DNA of 63,285 bases, counting the filler, from Octopus bimaculoides (taxonomy: Eukaryota), in the NCBI RefSeq assembly GCF_001194135.2. It is 6 parts of 6 records of this genome, joined end to end, with 100 filler letters (N's around TTAATTAATTAA, not from the genome) between each part and the next. Parts side by side here need not be neighbours in the genome. Positions count along the whole stretch, not along the records: positions 46,657 to 58,821 come from NC_068983.1; positions 58,922 to 61,032 come from NW_026413121.1; positions 61,133 to 63,285 come from NW_026358733.1; 3 more parts are not named here. One strand, given 5' to 3'. Below, one piece after another: positions 48,845 through 61,267 of this stretch. Numbering within the stretch: the first letter of the stretch is position 1; every line of letters begins with the position of its first letter. Under the pieces are notes generated by a model that saw nothing but the letters and a program-made list of their open reading frames with translations, did no database searches and was not told the origin of the DNA. The position numbers and the translations under genes are program-made.

Positions 48845-49125
48845 TGGCTTGAATAGCAAGCAAGTGACCCTGTTAGAATTCCCCCATTCCCTGGGACGCC
48901 TACATCGGGGACGTGTATGACGGTAAGGAAAGGAAATATGGTGATCTAGTGAAGTTGTGCTGGTCCCACTGAAGCAGGATGCAGAAGGCCTTGCAGACCA
49001 GTCCATCGGCAGAACCACAATCCATTGGTCACTCTCAGTATGAGGCTCCAATATCCACAGTAAAGGACTGTCAGAAGAGAGTGGAAATGGGTGATACTTC
49101 TTTGGAATCCAAGCAGCCCTGTGTG
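48845..49125 (+). mobile_element. Decayed restriction-like endonuclease domain, HERO/NeSL-like non-LTR retrotransposon
   Basis: Frameshift-repaired KQVTLLEF-IPWDAYIGDVYDGKERKYGDLVKLC...GCRGLADQSIGRT...KGLSEE, matching the recalled ELTVPWE...K-x2-KY-x2-L...GCRGF pattern. Confidence 0.55.
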
Positions 49126-49199
49126 TACAGAGCAACAATTTGAAGCTCCCTTAGGAGAAGAATTCATGGTGAACCGAAACTTAGGAAATGCTGCAATAT

Positions 49200-49590
49200 T
49201 AAGACTCATGGAACCTTAAAGTCTCTCAGGTTGGCATTCGGATCAGGACAGGAGGGGAGAGTATCGGAGGCTGTCGGGGCTGGAGAATCGCAGCTTAGAC
49301 ATAAAATGTTGGTAGCTGTTGTACCTCGTAGAAGAGCTGGCACGGGTAGTGGCAACATTACTCACTATGGCCAAAGGAATGATGTGCGAGCATCGTCTGA
49401 GAAGTAACGAACTAGCTGGAATGTTGCGATGTGGTTCCAGAGAACCTGATTAAGATTGGACTAAGTGGTGACACATAAGGTTTCATGGCCTGATCTTTGC
49501 AGAGCGGAGTCTCACCGGGTAGAGTTATAATTCAGGCAGATTACAACGTCTTTTTGAACGCATCCAACTTGTTCTGTTGGGAAAAGCTGG
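49200..49590 (-). mobile_element. Possible decayed CR1-group LINE 3' fragment
   Basis: NKLDAF...RRCSHIIP...ATTRASSST only; weak. Confidence 0.25.
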
Positions 49591-49644
49591 GATCATCCGC
49601 CTGTCCCCGTGCTTTGGGGTGAGGTATCATGGAGCACATCCCTA

Positions 49645-50199
49645 GTAGCTATACCAACACTATGGAACAACAGAAAAAAAGATGGTATAGGCACACGCCA
49701 GAAAAGGTCACAGAAAATGAGAAAGCAACCATACTCTGGGATATACCAATACACAGACAGAGAAATTAAGGCCAATAGGCCGGATATAGTTGTGACAGAT
49801 CACCAAGAAAAAATGCTTTCTAATCGATGTATCAATACGAACTGATGACAATGTTTCTCTAAAGGAAACGGAGAAATTTTCAAAATACAAAGATCTGGAA
49901 ATGGAGATAACTCGAATGTGGAGCCTAAAACCAAAAACAATTCCTATCATAGTAGGCGCATTAGGTATGATAAAAAACAAAACAAAACATTCAAACGAAT
50001 ACATAATAAAACACACCGGGGCTTACAAGTATATATAACATACAGAAAATAGCACTACTAAGCACTGCACACATCTTATGTAAAACACTTTCAACACAGT
50101 GAAAGTAAGAACATCACAACAAACCACAGCACATACCCAAGGCACACTGAGCTGCGCTCGGTAGTACAGCGAAAGCACGTGATAAAAATAAGACTACTG
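49645..50199 (+). mobile_element. 5'-truncated Dong/R4-like retrotransposon (RLE domain + 3'UTR)
   Basis: RWYRHTPEKVTENEKATILWD-PIHTDREIKANRPDIVV...CFLIDVSI...KFSKYKDLEMEITRMW...IPIIVGALG...IQKIALLSTAHIL; followed by aataataatgataata. Confidence 0.85.
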
Positions 50200-50289
50200 A
50201 ATAATAATGATAATACATGGAATATTTCTAAGCAACATAACGCAGGTAGAAGTCGATCACTGAATACAAATCCTTTCTTCTACAGGTAT

Positions 50290-50430
50290 AAGTTTGCTTG
50301 TATGTATGTGTGTATGTATGTATGTATGTATGTGTGTATGTATGTATGTATGTATGTATGTATGTATGCATGTATGTATGTATGTGTGTATGTGTGTGGG
50401 TATGTATCTATGTATGTACGTATGTATGTG
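50290..50430. repeat. (TATG)n tract
   Basis: Directly visible. Confidence 0.95.
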
Positions 50431-50852
50431 TAGGGAATACAGGAAACATTTCTCTTGGAATTTCTGTCACCTCCTCCTTCACCTCCTCCTTCTACTTACT
50501 TTGACAGAGATAGTCGTTACGACTGACTACCAAAGTATCTTTCTTGAAGAATATAAGGTGAATTTGAAGCAAATAGCATTAGCAGTGAGTCCTCAATGTT
50601 ATCTGCAGACAATAATCCTATCGTTTTTCTTAATGGCATATCAACTTTGGAGAATTCTGACACATACACACACACACATACACAGATACGTTCACATATG
50701 CACACATCACGTGGTTTTTGCCTGAAGACCCCTTTGCACCCACAGGCGAAAAGCCAGAGTAGTTAAAAACTGACTCGACCAAAAGAAAATATATCAATTC
50801 CTACTATGGTATCGGCTTTTCCCAACAATCGCCTCTAAACTGATGTGTGTGT

Positions 50853-50933
<81 letters not shown>

Positions 50934-51449
50934 TTTCTATATACGCAAAATACAGCACTTGGGATAAAGTATACAGTGTATTGCAAAGAATTAACAATAG
51001 ATGAGTAAATAACATAACTGAATGTCCTTTTTTTTTGTCAACCCAAAGTCTTTTATAACGAACCGCCAATGACGTAACAAAAATTGCCTTTCTGGCTTGT
51101 CTTTCCAAATATTCCATGTATTCCTTCTATTTTCTTTCTGTTTTTTTTTTCAGTGTAGAACATTTTATTATCGAAAATTTAACTAATAGACGTATACGTT
51201 TGCTGAAGGCATGTTGAATTCGTTCCATTTCAATTATACATACATACATACATGCATGCATACATACATACATACATACATACATACACACATACATACA
51301 TACATATATGTAGATATGTATATATATATATAAATGCATTTATCTCTATATTTGTGTGTGCGTGTGAGTTTTTGTTAAAATTTTGCTAGCCATGTGTTTT
51401 TGTGTTTGTTGGTATTTTGTTGGTGTTATTTTTTTAACGTTTTCTGTGA

Positions 51450-52000
51450 CTGAAGGACTTTAGAGGTAACAGAAAATGTTTGGTTTATTTTATTATTTCC
51501 TGATTGAAATCTTTGATGTTCCGAAGCAGACATCTTTGCAAGATATTTCTAAATTGTCTGGGCGATGCATGTAGGTTTAAGTTCTTCATTTTTGAATTCT
51601 ATTACTGCAATTCTTCCATCTCTCTGACAAGAGGATATAAATGATGTAACAAGTCTTTAGCTTCAAACTGTCACTCAATGTCGATATTTCCTGGCAAACG
51701 TGACATTTCTCTTTTTTCTCCAACAAATTTTGACTGTAATGATGAGTTGTTTTGAAATCCCTAGCATCGTAGACATTTCTCTAGCTTAGCCGAAGCCTCT
51801 TTCACAGACTGCACTATCAACTTGATGTGGAGCGTTAATAAAACGCTAATCCTTTCTGAATCACATGTAACCATAACGGCAGTTCTTAAGATCCAATTTC
51901 TTTTATATTCAGTGAATACAAGATGACTGCCATCCAGGATAAAACACTGCTTTATCACAAGATCGTTTACTTTTCTCGTGGCCGATGGACCATTTCTCAA
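51450..52000 (-). mobile_element. Highly decayed Tc1-like transposase
   Basis: Minus-strand pieces RPR..., SVK-RLR, FARKYRH*, DGRIAVIEFKNEELKPTCIAQTI; many stops. Confidence 0.35.
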
Positions 52001-52269
52001 TGCCGCAGTGGTTTTGCAGCTTGGAGTGAGCTTCAGTCACTGGGGGCCACATGTTTTCTATTATTATCCCTGATAGTACAACTGGTATAGTTCTGTGATA
52101 AGTTATATAGTTTTGGAATTGAGAAACATAGTGAACGTTTCCGACATCTTGTGGTAAAAGTTAATTTCTTTTACACCTGTAAACCTGTCTTTAGTAAACC
52201 TTAGTTTACTAAAACCCAGGTCTAGCTTCCATTAAGTTATGCAATAATGACTATAAAAAGGTTCTAACG

Positions 52270-53300
52270 CCTCCGCAACCATGCAGTTTCAATAATGTCA
52301 GATTCACTGGTGACCTACACTCCTCCGTTGCCTAAAAGTGGGATTTCCTTTGGAGACACTTGTTGAAAGCAATGTTATCGTTATAGACATGAGCAAAGTT
52401 TTTAATCGTGTCTAGCATGAAGATCTATCAAAAACTGTTTTCTTTTAATTTACATTGTCGCGGTTGGCGAAGCTCTTTATGTCCCCGATTTTATCAACTC
52501 CGATGTACCACACGGTTGAGTTTTGTCTTCCCATTCTCTTCTTTCTTTGCTTCAATGATTTACTAACCTGCCACCACATCTCTTCCTACACACATCACAC
52601 TATCTTTCATTCCTCCTTAATCTTTCCTAGCCATGCATTATCCATTCACAGCTGAGACCCTACATCAAACCAAAACCGATTCCTTGAACAGAGGAAGCAA
52701 AAACATCCTCAATTTCGGAGATGCCAGCATTGCTTTTTCAACTCCAAGCAAATACAAGCTCCACTCGTATCCAGAAAACATCATCGTGCTCCAATTGTTG
52801 GTCCACACTTATGATTTCTTCTGGTGAAAGCACTTCCTTAACATATTTAGGACTGTATGCACTGGCTTTTCTATTTAATGCCTGAAGTTACATCGTCTTT
52901 CAGCAATTAATGAAATGCCACAAAGCTCAAGTGAGACTCACCAAGGAGTATTGTACTCACATCTAGGACGGTGCTGTTGCTACAGCCTTCGAAGAATTAG
53001 AGACTGCAGCCAGAAAATAGCCGCCCAACTGACTGGAATAAAATCACTCACAGATATACTTCATCCTCCGGCAAACACTTGTCTCCTCATTCTGTGTCTT
53101 CTACCGCTACTACATTGTCCTCTGCTCTCCATCGATGTTCTCGTGCCAATTCCACTCACGTGTTTTCTATCCCACTCCCATCTCATCAGTTCATCTTCAT
53201 ATCGTTCGACAACCCAAGGCCTGCGCTAATCATTATGTTCAATCCTTCTCTCCAAGAATGTCTCCAGGAACTCTCTCTCTCTGCTCATTCCTCTCCCGCA
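52270..53300 (+). mobile_element. Decayed CR1-group LINE, RT domain and C-terminus
   Basis: DMSKVFNRV*HE (like DxSKAFDRVWH), INSDVPHG*VL-PILFFLCFNDL (like GVPQGSVL), KAQVRLTKEYCTHI*DGA, FYRYY; many frameshifts. Confidence 0.75.
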
Positions 53301-53449
53301 GCTGATGAGTTACAAAGATACTAGAGGAACGTTAATGGCATCAATTGCACTTAGTCTTGGAGAGTCTGCTAAGGTTACGGACACAACACTTTTCTCTTGG
53401 ACAAGCAAATATAGAAACTCATCACTTATTCATCCAACTCGTAATAAAC

Positions 53450-53547
53450 ACTCACATACACACACACACGCATGCACACACAAACACATAAACATACACT
53501 CACTTACTCATACACACACACGCACGCGTGCACACACACACACACAC

Positions 53548-53579
<32 letters not shown>

Positions 53580-53725
53580 ACATACACACACACACACACG
53601 CATGCACGCACGCATACACGCAGGCACGCAGGCACGCACGCACGCACGCCCACACAAACACACACACAAACACACACGCGCATGCACACACACATACACA
53701 CACACGCACGCATGCACGCCCCCCC
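53450..53725. repeat. (CA)n/(CACG)n compound tract
   Basis: Directly visible. Confidence 0.95.
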
Positions 53726-54986
53726 CACACAGAGTTCACTTTTGCAAGAGCTATTCTCAGTCCAGTGTCCCTCAATAAAACCGAAGAAAACGACATTACT
53801 GGCATTAGTATGTGGACTTGTCTATCGACCAGTTGTTTCCGCAGGTTCTCTATAAGAATTGGATTAAAGGTTTCCAAAAGGCAGCTTTGATGTTTTGTTT
53901 CCCGTCTCAAACTCTTTTATTATATTCTCTAATTCTATACAACTCATACTTCCGAGTAAAGTTGTTGTTCAACCCTAGGTTAGCACCGATCAGGCAGTTA
54001 CGTAACAAACGTGTTCTCGCCGAATCCATTCCATGGAGCTGTGCTGGGTTAGGTGAGTGAATGAACAATTTAGGACTCTTTATTGATGCTATTACTTCAA
54101 ATTTACCTTAGATTCTACTAGAAGAATACTTTGGTAGTCAATAGTAACGACTATTTCTAACTAAATGAGGAATAGGTGACAGAAAAACCTTATTATTCCA
54201 GCAGAAATGCTTTCTGTATTCCAGTTGCACGTACGTCATTGATTTTGTAAATTGTGTTATTTCTGTCAAACTGATGGATTTGATAAAATTATGTGTGAAA
54301 TTATTCTATGAAATCAGTGGGCATAGATAGATCGATAGGTTTATAGTTAGGTATGTAGATATGTAGATAATTACGTAAGTGTTTGGGCTTGTGAATGGAT
54401 GGGTAGGTGGTTAGGTAGGTAAATATGACTTATTTTATACACGCTTATGAAATTACAAAACAGAACGAATAGTAACAAGAACAAGAACAACAAAATAATG
54501 TTTAAAATGTAAAAATAACAACAATCGGAAACATTAAAATCTTCGTCTTTGAATTTACATGAAAACACGGACTTGGAAAAAGCCAACCAAATTTGCTTGA
54601 AGCACTTTGAGGTCGAGTTGAATGATTGTTGTGCAGACTGAAGAGAATTTAGTATTATTGGTGAAATACAATTATCACCAACAAAATATGTAGATATGTC
54701 ATAAAACATAGATGAAATCGAGGCAATGTTTATGGAGACGCCAAAATTTGACTTCATACGATGATGTAATGTCGTTATGTAACTACACATAGGAATACAA
54801 CGGAAACGACATTGTCTCTGGCTGCCGTTTCTTTTATGTTTTCGCTAACTCAATTTACACTTTCATACAAATTTATCTGCTCCTTAGTTTTTTTTTTTCA
54901 ATTTTCTTTTCGCATCCTTGTTTATAGCTTTATGAATCGCAATTTAATTCTCATTTCTGAATTGCTCAACAGCTGAAGAAGACATT

Positions 54987-55075
54987 TAGCACGAGGCTAG
55001 CAATTTTGGGGGAGGGGGTAAGTCGATTACATCGAACCCCAGTGTTTGACTGGTACTTATTTTAACGACCCCAAC
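54987..55075 (-). mobile_element. SINE-B 3' fragment (tail c)
   Basis: gcaattttgggggagggggtaagtcgattacatcgaaccccagtg...ggtacttattttaacgacccc. Confidence 0.75.
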
Positions 55076-55108
55076 GCATAGTATGAATATAAATGTTAAT
55101 ATAGATTT

Positions 55109-55275
55109 AAAGGCGGCGAGCTGGCAGAATCGTTTGCATGCCGAGCTGCTTAGCGGCGTTTCGTCCATCTTTGCGTTCTGAGCCCAGATTCCGTCAAGGT
55201 TGACTTTGCACTGGGGTCAATGTAATCGACTTACTCCCTTCTCAGACCTTGCTGGTTCGATCCAACATTTGAAAT
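55109..55275 (+). mobile_element. SINE-B with internal deletion
   Basis: aaggcggcgagctggcagaatcg...ttgactttg|cactggggtcaatgtaatcgact. Confidence 0.75.
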
Positions 55276-56334
55276 CAATGTTCATATTAATTTAACAAAA
55301 TAGGAAATATTAGGATAATCTATTAGAATAATATTTATGATTTTAAAGTGGAATTCTTCTTTGCTTCCGAGTAAAATGATCACCAGCTTTGGTGTAAAAT
55401 TCTAGCTTGTTCTGAAGACTATGCAATAATTCATCTTTAATTGATAAATCCATCACAAAGAAAGTGTTTAAAGGCTTTCATATCTTTCCCACTATAGATT
55501 ACCATAATGTCCAGTGGGTAGCATTATCTTTTATTTCTTTGGGAAATTGGAGTTAAATAGCAGCTAAACATTTTCTGAGTTATAAGCGAAGAAATATCTA
55601 TTAGCAGAGTGTTACATTAGGCTCTTTGAGGGTTGTCTAATCGCATTAAACGGAACCAATTAAAAGAATTCAAAATTGTTATAAGAAGTTTTGCAAGCCA
55701 AAGCGAGAAATGACTTTCCTTTGCTTGAAAAAGTCAGCCATTTCACATTTTTATAAAACTGTGATTATATCGTAAATGTATTTACATAATTCTATTTATT
55801 AATTAAATTTTAAAGTAAAAGCACAAAGAATAAATCTAAAAGAAATGAAAAAAGAGTAACAATTGTAGTAATTAAATTTTGTATAACAAATTGCTATATT
55901 TCGCTTATTATATTACCATCTTTAGAAATAAAATGAACTTCTATGCAAAATATATTTTTCTGCTTCTTTTTCTGTTTGAAACTAGTTGTAAGTTATAAAT
56001 ATTAAAATAATACTTTCCAATCAAAATGATACGGTAATAATTATGTTTAGTTAATAATGTCCATTCCCCCACAAAAGAAACAACACACACACACACACAA
56101 ACACTTACACACACATGCATGCACACACATGCATGCACACACATGCATGCACACACACACACACACACACAGAGTACGTTGGATTTTTATTTTTCGGTTG
56201 AAGTCTTATTTTTGCCTTTTTTGATTAAAGTCGGCTCCATCGTTCTCACAATCTGGTGGCTTGTGGTCCTGTACAGTAATAAAACACAGATACAACCATA
56301 AGACACCATCGACAAAATAACAATATCATCGTCA

Positions 56335-56765
56335 GGGCGGCTGGCAGAATCGTTAGCATGCCGGGAGAAATGCTTAGCACTATTTCGTCTACCGCTACGT
56401 TCTGAGTTCAAATTCCGCCGAGGTCGACATTAACTTTCATCCTTTCGGGGTCGATTAAATAAGTACCAGTTACGCACTGGACTCGATTATAATCAACTGA
56501 ATCCATTTGTCTTTCCTTGTTTGTCCCCTCTGTGTGTAGCCCTTTGTGGGCAGTAAAGAAATAAGAATTGTTAGCACGCCGGGAGAAATGCTTAGCAGTA
56601 TTTCGTCTGTCTTTATGTTCTGGGTTCAAATTCCGCCGAGGTCGACTTTGCCTTTCATCCTTTCGGTACTCGATAAAATAAGTACCAGTTGCGTACTAAT
56701 GTCAATGTAATCGACTGGCCCCCTCCCCACAAATTTCGGGCCTTGTACCTAGAGTAGAAGAGAAC
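56335..56765 (+). mobile_element. SINE-B dimer (unit 1 + tail a, then unit 2 + tail b)
   Basis: Junction cagtaaagaaataagaat|tgttagcacg at about 56567. Confidence 0.9.
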
Positions 56766-56769
56766 AATA

Positions 56770-56915
56770 TCGTCGTCGTCGTCGTCATCATTTAACATTC
56801 ATTTTCAGACAGGATCCAATGAGTCGTAGGGTGCGTCAGGCTTCCGTTGTTGGCTTTACCATGGTTTATACGGCTGGATGCCCTTCGCAACGGACACCAC
56901 TCGGCTGTCTGTATT
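56770..56915 (-). mobile_element. Old RTE-type 3' end
   Basis: (cgt)n cat catttaaca...tacggctggatgcccttcgcaacg. Confidence 0.45.
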
Positions 56916-57648
56916 TGGGATAGATTGTTTCATGCCGTCGGTACTTGTGAGGCTGCTAAATAACTTGCAAGACAAAGGAAAAAGAAAAACGCCCCTCCCC
57001 TCAACTAAATGGGTTAGTATTTGAGAAAGGGGGTAGGTGGCTTTATGCCAAGTGTTGAAGGTTAAGGTATGGCAGATGGACAAACACAAGTACCTTGATT
57101 TAGAAGAGGTACATGGCTACCAAGCATTATATGAGGGTGAATGAGAATAAGTGAAAGGAAGATAAAGATGGGGTGACGGGGTGCCAGATCGAACCCACAA
57201 AGTCCGAGAATGTGAGTACAAGGGAGAATAGAGGCAGTGGATGAGGAAGGGAAAAAAAGGGGTGGGTAATTGTATAAGAATGTGGGGTGAGATTGACAAA
57301 CGGGTAGAGATGAGGCTAGGGGTGGATGTAGTGAGTGGTGAGCAAGGGTGGAAGCGTCGTTGATGGTAAATGTCAGTGTGGAGGGTCGATATTTCGATTC
57401 AAAACTGAAAAAAGAGAAATTGTATAAAATTCAGAAAATTCTCTACTTCTCCGTCTTAGAAATAGAGGAATAAATAAAGAAAGTCTCGATTATGCCAGAG
57501 GCATTTTAGCCTTACTTTGAGCTGAAGATGTTTCTTGGTTATTACGACCATAACTGTTCTATTTGTGAGGAATATGGACCCAACTTAATCAGCGGGACCG
57601 AACATTACAAAAAACAAGGAAAAACAACAAAAGAAAACGAAACCTCTT

Positions 57649-57707
<59 letters not shown>

Positions 57708-58608
57708 AAGAAATCTNNNNNNNNNNNNNNNNNNNNNNNNNNNNNNNNNNNNNNNNNNNNNNNNNNNNNNNNNNNNNNNNNTTTTTTTTTGGGGGGGGGG
57801 GAAAGAAGCGTATTAAGTGTATTCTTCCCAATATATTTATTTCTAACGTAAAGTTATTCTTAAAAATGGAACTGTTTTGAAAATGAAAGCGAACCAGTCT
57901 TAATGTATATTCTCGGTTATCAAGTTTTGCTTTACTCTGTTCATTTCAATCATCAACTTGTCTCATCTCTAGAATTACGCAGAGCTACAATAAATAACGT
58001 TATTATTTTCAATGGACCTAATACAATTATATTAATAATATTTGAAATGGTAGAAAACAGTTATGTGTTATACTGTTGAAGTAGAGTATTGAGACGAGTT
58101 TGCAAACTTAATAAGATCATTGATATAAAAATGATTAATAATATCATTATTTGTTTTTCAAATTTCATAAATTAAATTAAATTGTATAAAATACAGAAAA
58201 TTACCTCCTTTACTGTATGAAAGACGTGAATAAAAGCCTGAATACACTCACACACACACACACACACACACACATGTATATATAGATATGTACATGCACA
58301 TATAAATATATACACGCATACAATTACAGGCGTACGAACGCACACATAGAAACACACACACACATAACTGTCTCTCCCTTTATTTCTTTCTCTGTATATT
58401 TAGGTGTGTCTGTGTGTGTATGTATATATATATATATATACATACATACACACACAGACACACCTAAATATACAGAGAAAGAAATTTTTAGGGAGAGACA
58501 GTTATGTGTGTGTATGTATGTATATATATATATATATATGTAACCTCGTGGGCATCGGTACCATTTTCCTCTTTCTCCGTTCTTCCATTCTCCGAACTTT
58601 CCATCTTT

Positions 58609-58665
58609 CCGACGAAGGGCTACGCCCGAAACGTCATACACTCTCTCTTTCCTTTCCTGAGCGTC
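58609..58665 (+). ncRNA. Minimal type I hammerhead-like motif in a Penelope-type terminal repeat (about 58545-58700)
   Basis: CCGACGA-A-GGGC[UAC]GCCC-GAAA; stem III ACGUCA pairs with UGA(G)CGU; GUC triplet ends at 58665; U4 is mutated to C and stem I is weak. Confidence 0.55.
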
Positions 58666-58759
58666 CAATAATACTATCCATATCACGTCCTCACTTTGTT
58701 GTTTTTTTGTTTTTTTGTTATTGTTTTTTTGAACTATATATATATATATATATATATGC

Positions 58760-58790
<31 letters not shown>

Positions 58791-58821
58791 TGTATGTATG
58801 TATGTATGTATGTATGTATGT

Positions 58822-58921
58822 NNNNNNNNNNNNNNNNNNNNNNNNNNNNNNNNNNNNNNNNNNNNTTAATTAATTAANNNNNNNNNNNNNNNNNNNNNNN
58901 NNNNNNNNNNNNNNNNNNNNN
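58822..58921. other. 100-bp scaffold gap with TTAATTAATTAA linker
   Basis: 44 N + 12 nt (58866-58877) + 44 N. Confidence 0.95.
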
Positions 58922-58969
58922 TGTATGTATGTATGTATGTATGTATGTGTGTGTGTGTGTGTGTATGTA

Positions 58970-60211
58970 TTGGGTTGGCAAGAAAGTCATTTCATTTCTT
59001 GCAAATAGATAGTGCTACGATTTTTTGAATGACTTTTGTCAATGTTATGATTTTTTTCCTTTTGGCATTTGATTGCTGTTACGGTTTAGCTTACTTTAGA
59101 AGCAAATTGCGCGCAATTTTGTTTACAGCTGTTAGTTCAGTTTCAATTTTAATATGGAGTGCAAAAACGAACATTTTTGCCATATCTTGATTTTTTTTTA
59201 TTTCCGTAAAGGCAATAAAGCTGCTGAAACTCATAAAGAGACATGCGAAGTTTATGGTGTTGATTGCTTAACAGAACGCACGTTTTAAAATTCTCTTCTG
59301 GAGATTTTTCACTCAAAGATGATCAACGTTCTGGGTGACCTATACAAGTTGATGATGACCGAATAATTGAATCTGATTGTCATATAACTGCGAGAAATTT
59401 CAGCGAGGTTATATATATTACACACAACAATTGAAAATCGGTTAAAGTGTCCTGGACTCATGAAGAAGCTCGATATTTGGATTCCACATAAACTGAAAGA
59501 GATTTACTTAATACAACGAATCAATATTTGCAATATGCATCTCAAACACAATGAAATCGACCTTCTTTTAAAACGAAAAATGGATTGTCTACAATGATAT
59601 CAATCGAAAACGATCATGATGCAAGTGTAATGAACAAGCACAAACCACATCGAAAGCTGAATTGCATCAGAAAATGTCATGCTGTCAATTTGGCGGGACT
59701 ACAAAGGTGTTGTGTATTTTGAGCTGCTTCCAAGGAACCAAACGATCGATTCAGATGTTCACTGTCAATAGCTAATGAAACTGGAGGACACAATCAAAGA
59801 AAAACGGTAGAATTGGCAAATCATAAAGGAATCGTGTTCCACCATGACAACGCTAGACCATACACGTCTTTGCTAACTCGTGAAAAATTATTGGAGCTTG
59901 GTTGGAAAGTCATGTCACATCCACCATATAGCCCTGACCTTGCACCATCAGATTACCATTTATTTTAAAGTTTGCAAAATTGTAAAATTTTCAATAAATG
60001 ATGATGACCTGAAATCGTATTTGCTTCAGTTTTGGGGTGGTAAGGACCAGAAGTTCAATGAGCGCGGAATCACGAAGTTACTAGTGAGATGGTAAAAGGT
60101 CATCAAACAAAATGGAAAATATATAATTGATTAAAGTTCCTTCTTTGTATGAAAAAAATGACGACATTTATTTCACACTAAAAAACTGATATTACTTTCT
60201 TGCCAACCCAG
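58970..60211 (+). mobile_element. Near full-length mariner (DD34D), mellifera-subfamily-like, inactive
   Basis: TA-flanked TIRs ttgggttggcaagaaagtcat / rc ctgggttggcaagaaagtaat; 1242 bp. Confidence 0.95.
59154..60134 (+). pseudogene. Mariner transposase pseudogene
   Basis: MECKNEHFCHIL..YFRKG, WIPHKL, KWIVYND, FHHDNARP, HPPYSPDLAPSDYHLF, NGKYIID*; D2-D3 spacing of 34; stops and frameshifts; the first catalytic D motif (ITGDE) is deleted near 59576. Confidence 0.9.
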
Positions 60212-60350
60212 TATATATANNNNNNNNNNNNNNNNNNNNNNNNNNNNNNNNNNNNNNNNNNNNNNNNNNNNNNNNNNNNNNNNNNNNNNNNNNNNNNNNN
60301 NNNNNNNNNNNNNNNNNNNNNNNNNNNNNNNNNNNNNNNNNNNNNNNNNN

Positions 60351-60385
<35 letters not shown>

Positions 60386-61032
60386 ATAAGAACTCAGGTG
60401 ATATGTGAGGTGAATATAAATTAACCACTTGATATCCGTTGGATTACGACTGTTCTGCAACCTTCATCATATAATAAAAACATTAATATCAATAAATTAT
60501 TTTACATATATTTATATATATGTGTGTGTGTGTAAATATACGTATACATAAATATACACACAGACACAGGCACAGGTACACACATACACATACATATATA
60601 TATAACATATATTAAATCCACAATAATCTGAAGCTTACAATGAATCTGTTATCATTATTGTATTACTTATTGAAAATTCGTAAAAAGAATATCAATAAAG
60701 ATAATTTGACAATATTTAAAAAAAAAAAAACATGTAAAAAAAGTACTAAATGAAATAAAATAGAAAACAGAGAACTCTGATATAATATTTGGAGTAGAGA
60801 ATATTCCCAAAGAAACCTTTAGTTCAAGATGTTCAACAGGCATTTTTAAAATGATGCCCAACTCATGTTGATTACATGAGATGTTGAAAATGTTTTACTT
60901 TAAATGTCAAACTCTCAGGCTTCCTTTGACAGCAAAATCACTCGCAAATGAAAATATATCTATCTAAAGACACTGTACTTCTATGTAGGTATGAAAGTAT
61001 GTACATACGTACATGTGTAGAAATATATATAT

Positions 61033-61132
61033 NNNNNNNNNNNNNNNNNNNNNNNNNNNNNNNNNNNNNNNNNNNNTTAATTAATTAANNNNNNNNNNNN
61101 NNNNNNNNNNNNNNNNNNNNNNNNNNNNNNNN
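61033..61132. other. 100-bp scaffold gap with TTAATTAATTAA linker
   Basis: 44 N + 12 nt (61077-61088) + 44 N. Confidence 0.95.
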
Positions 61133-61146
61133 TTATTTTCAAATAG

Positions 61147-61267
61147 TAGAAAATCTTTAGCAAAGTAAAAACAGTACTTATTTTTTGTGCGTGGCATGGT
61201 TACTCTTCCCAAATCCTTAAAAAACAGTACTTATAAGTACTGTTTTTACTTTGCTAAAGATTTTCTA
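61147..61267. repeat. Perfect 35-bp inverted repeat with a nested 28-bp palindrome
   Basis: 61147-61181 is the exact reverse complement of 61233-61267; aaaaacagtactta|taagtactgttttt at 61220-61247. Confidence 0.95.
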
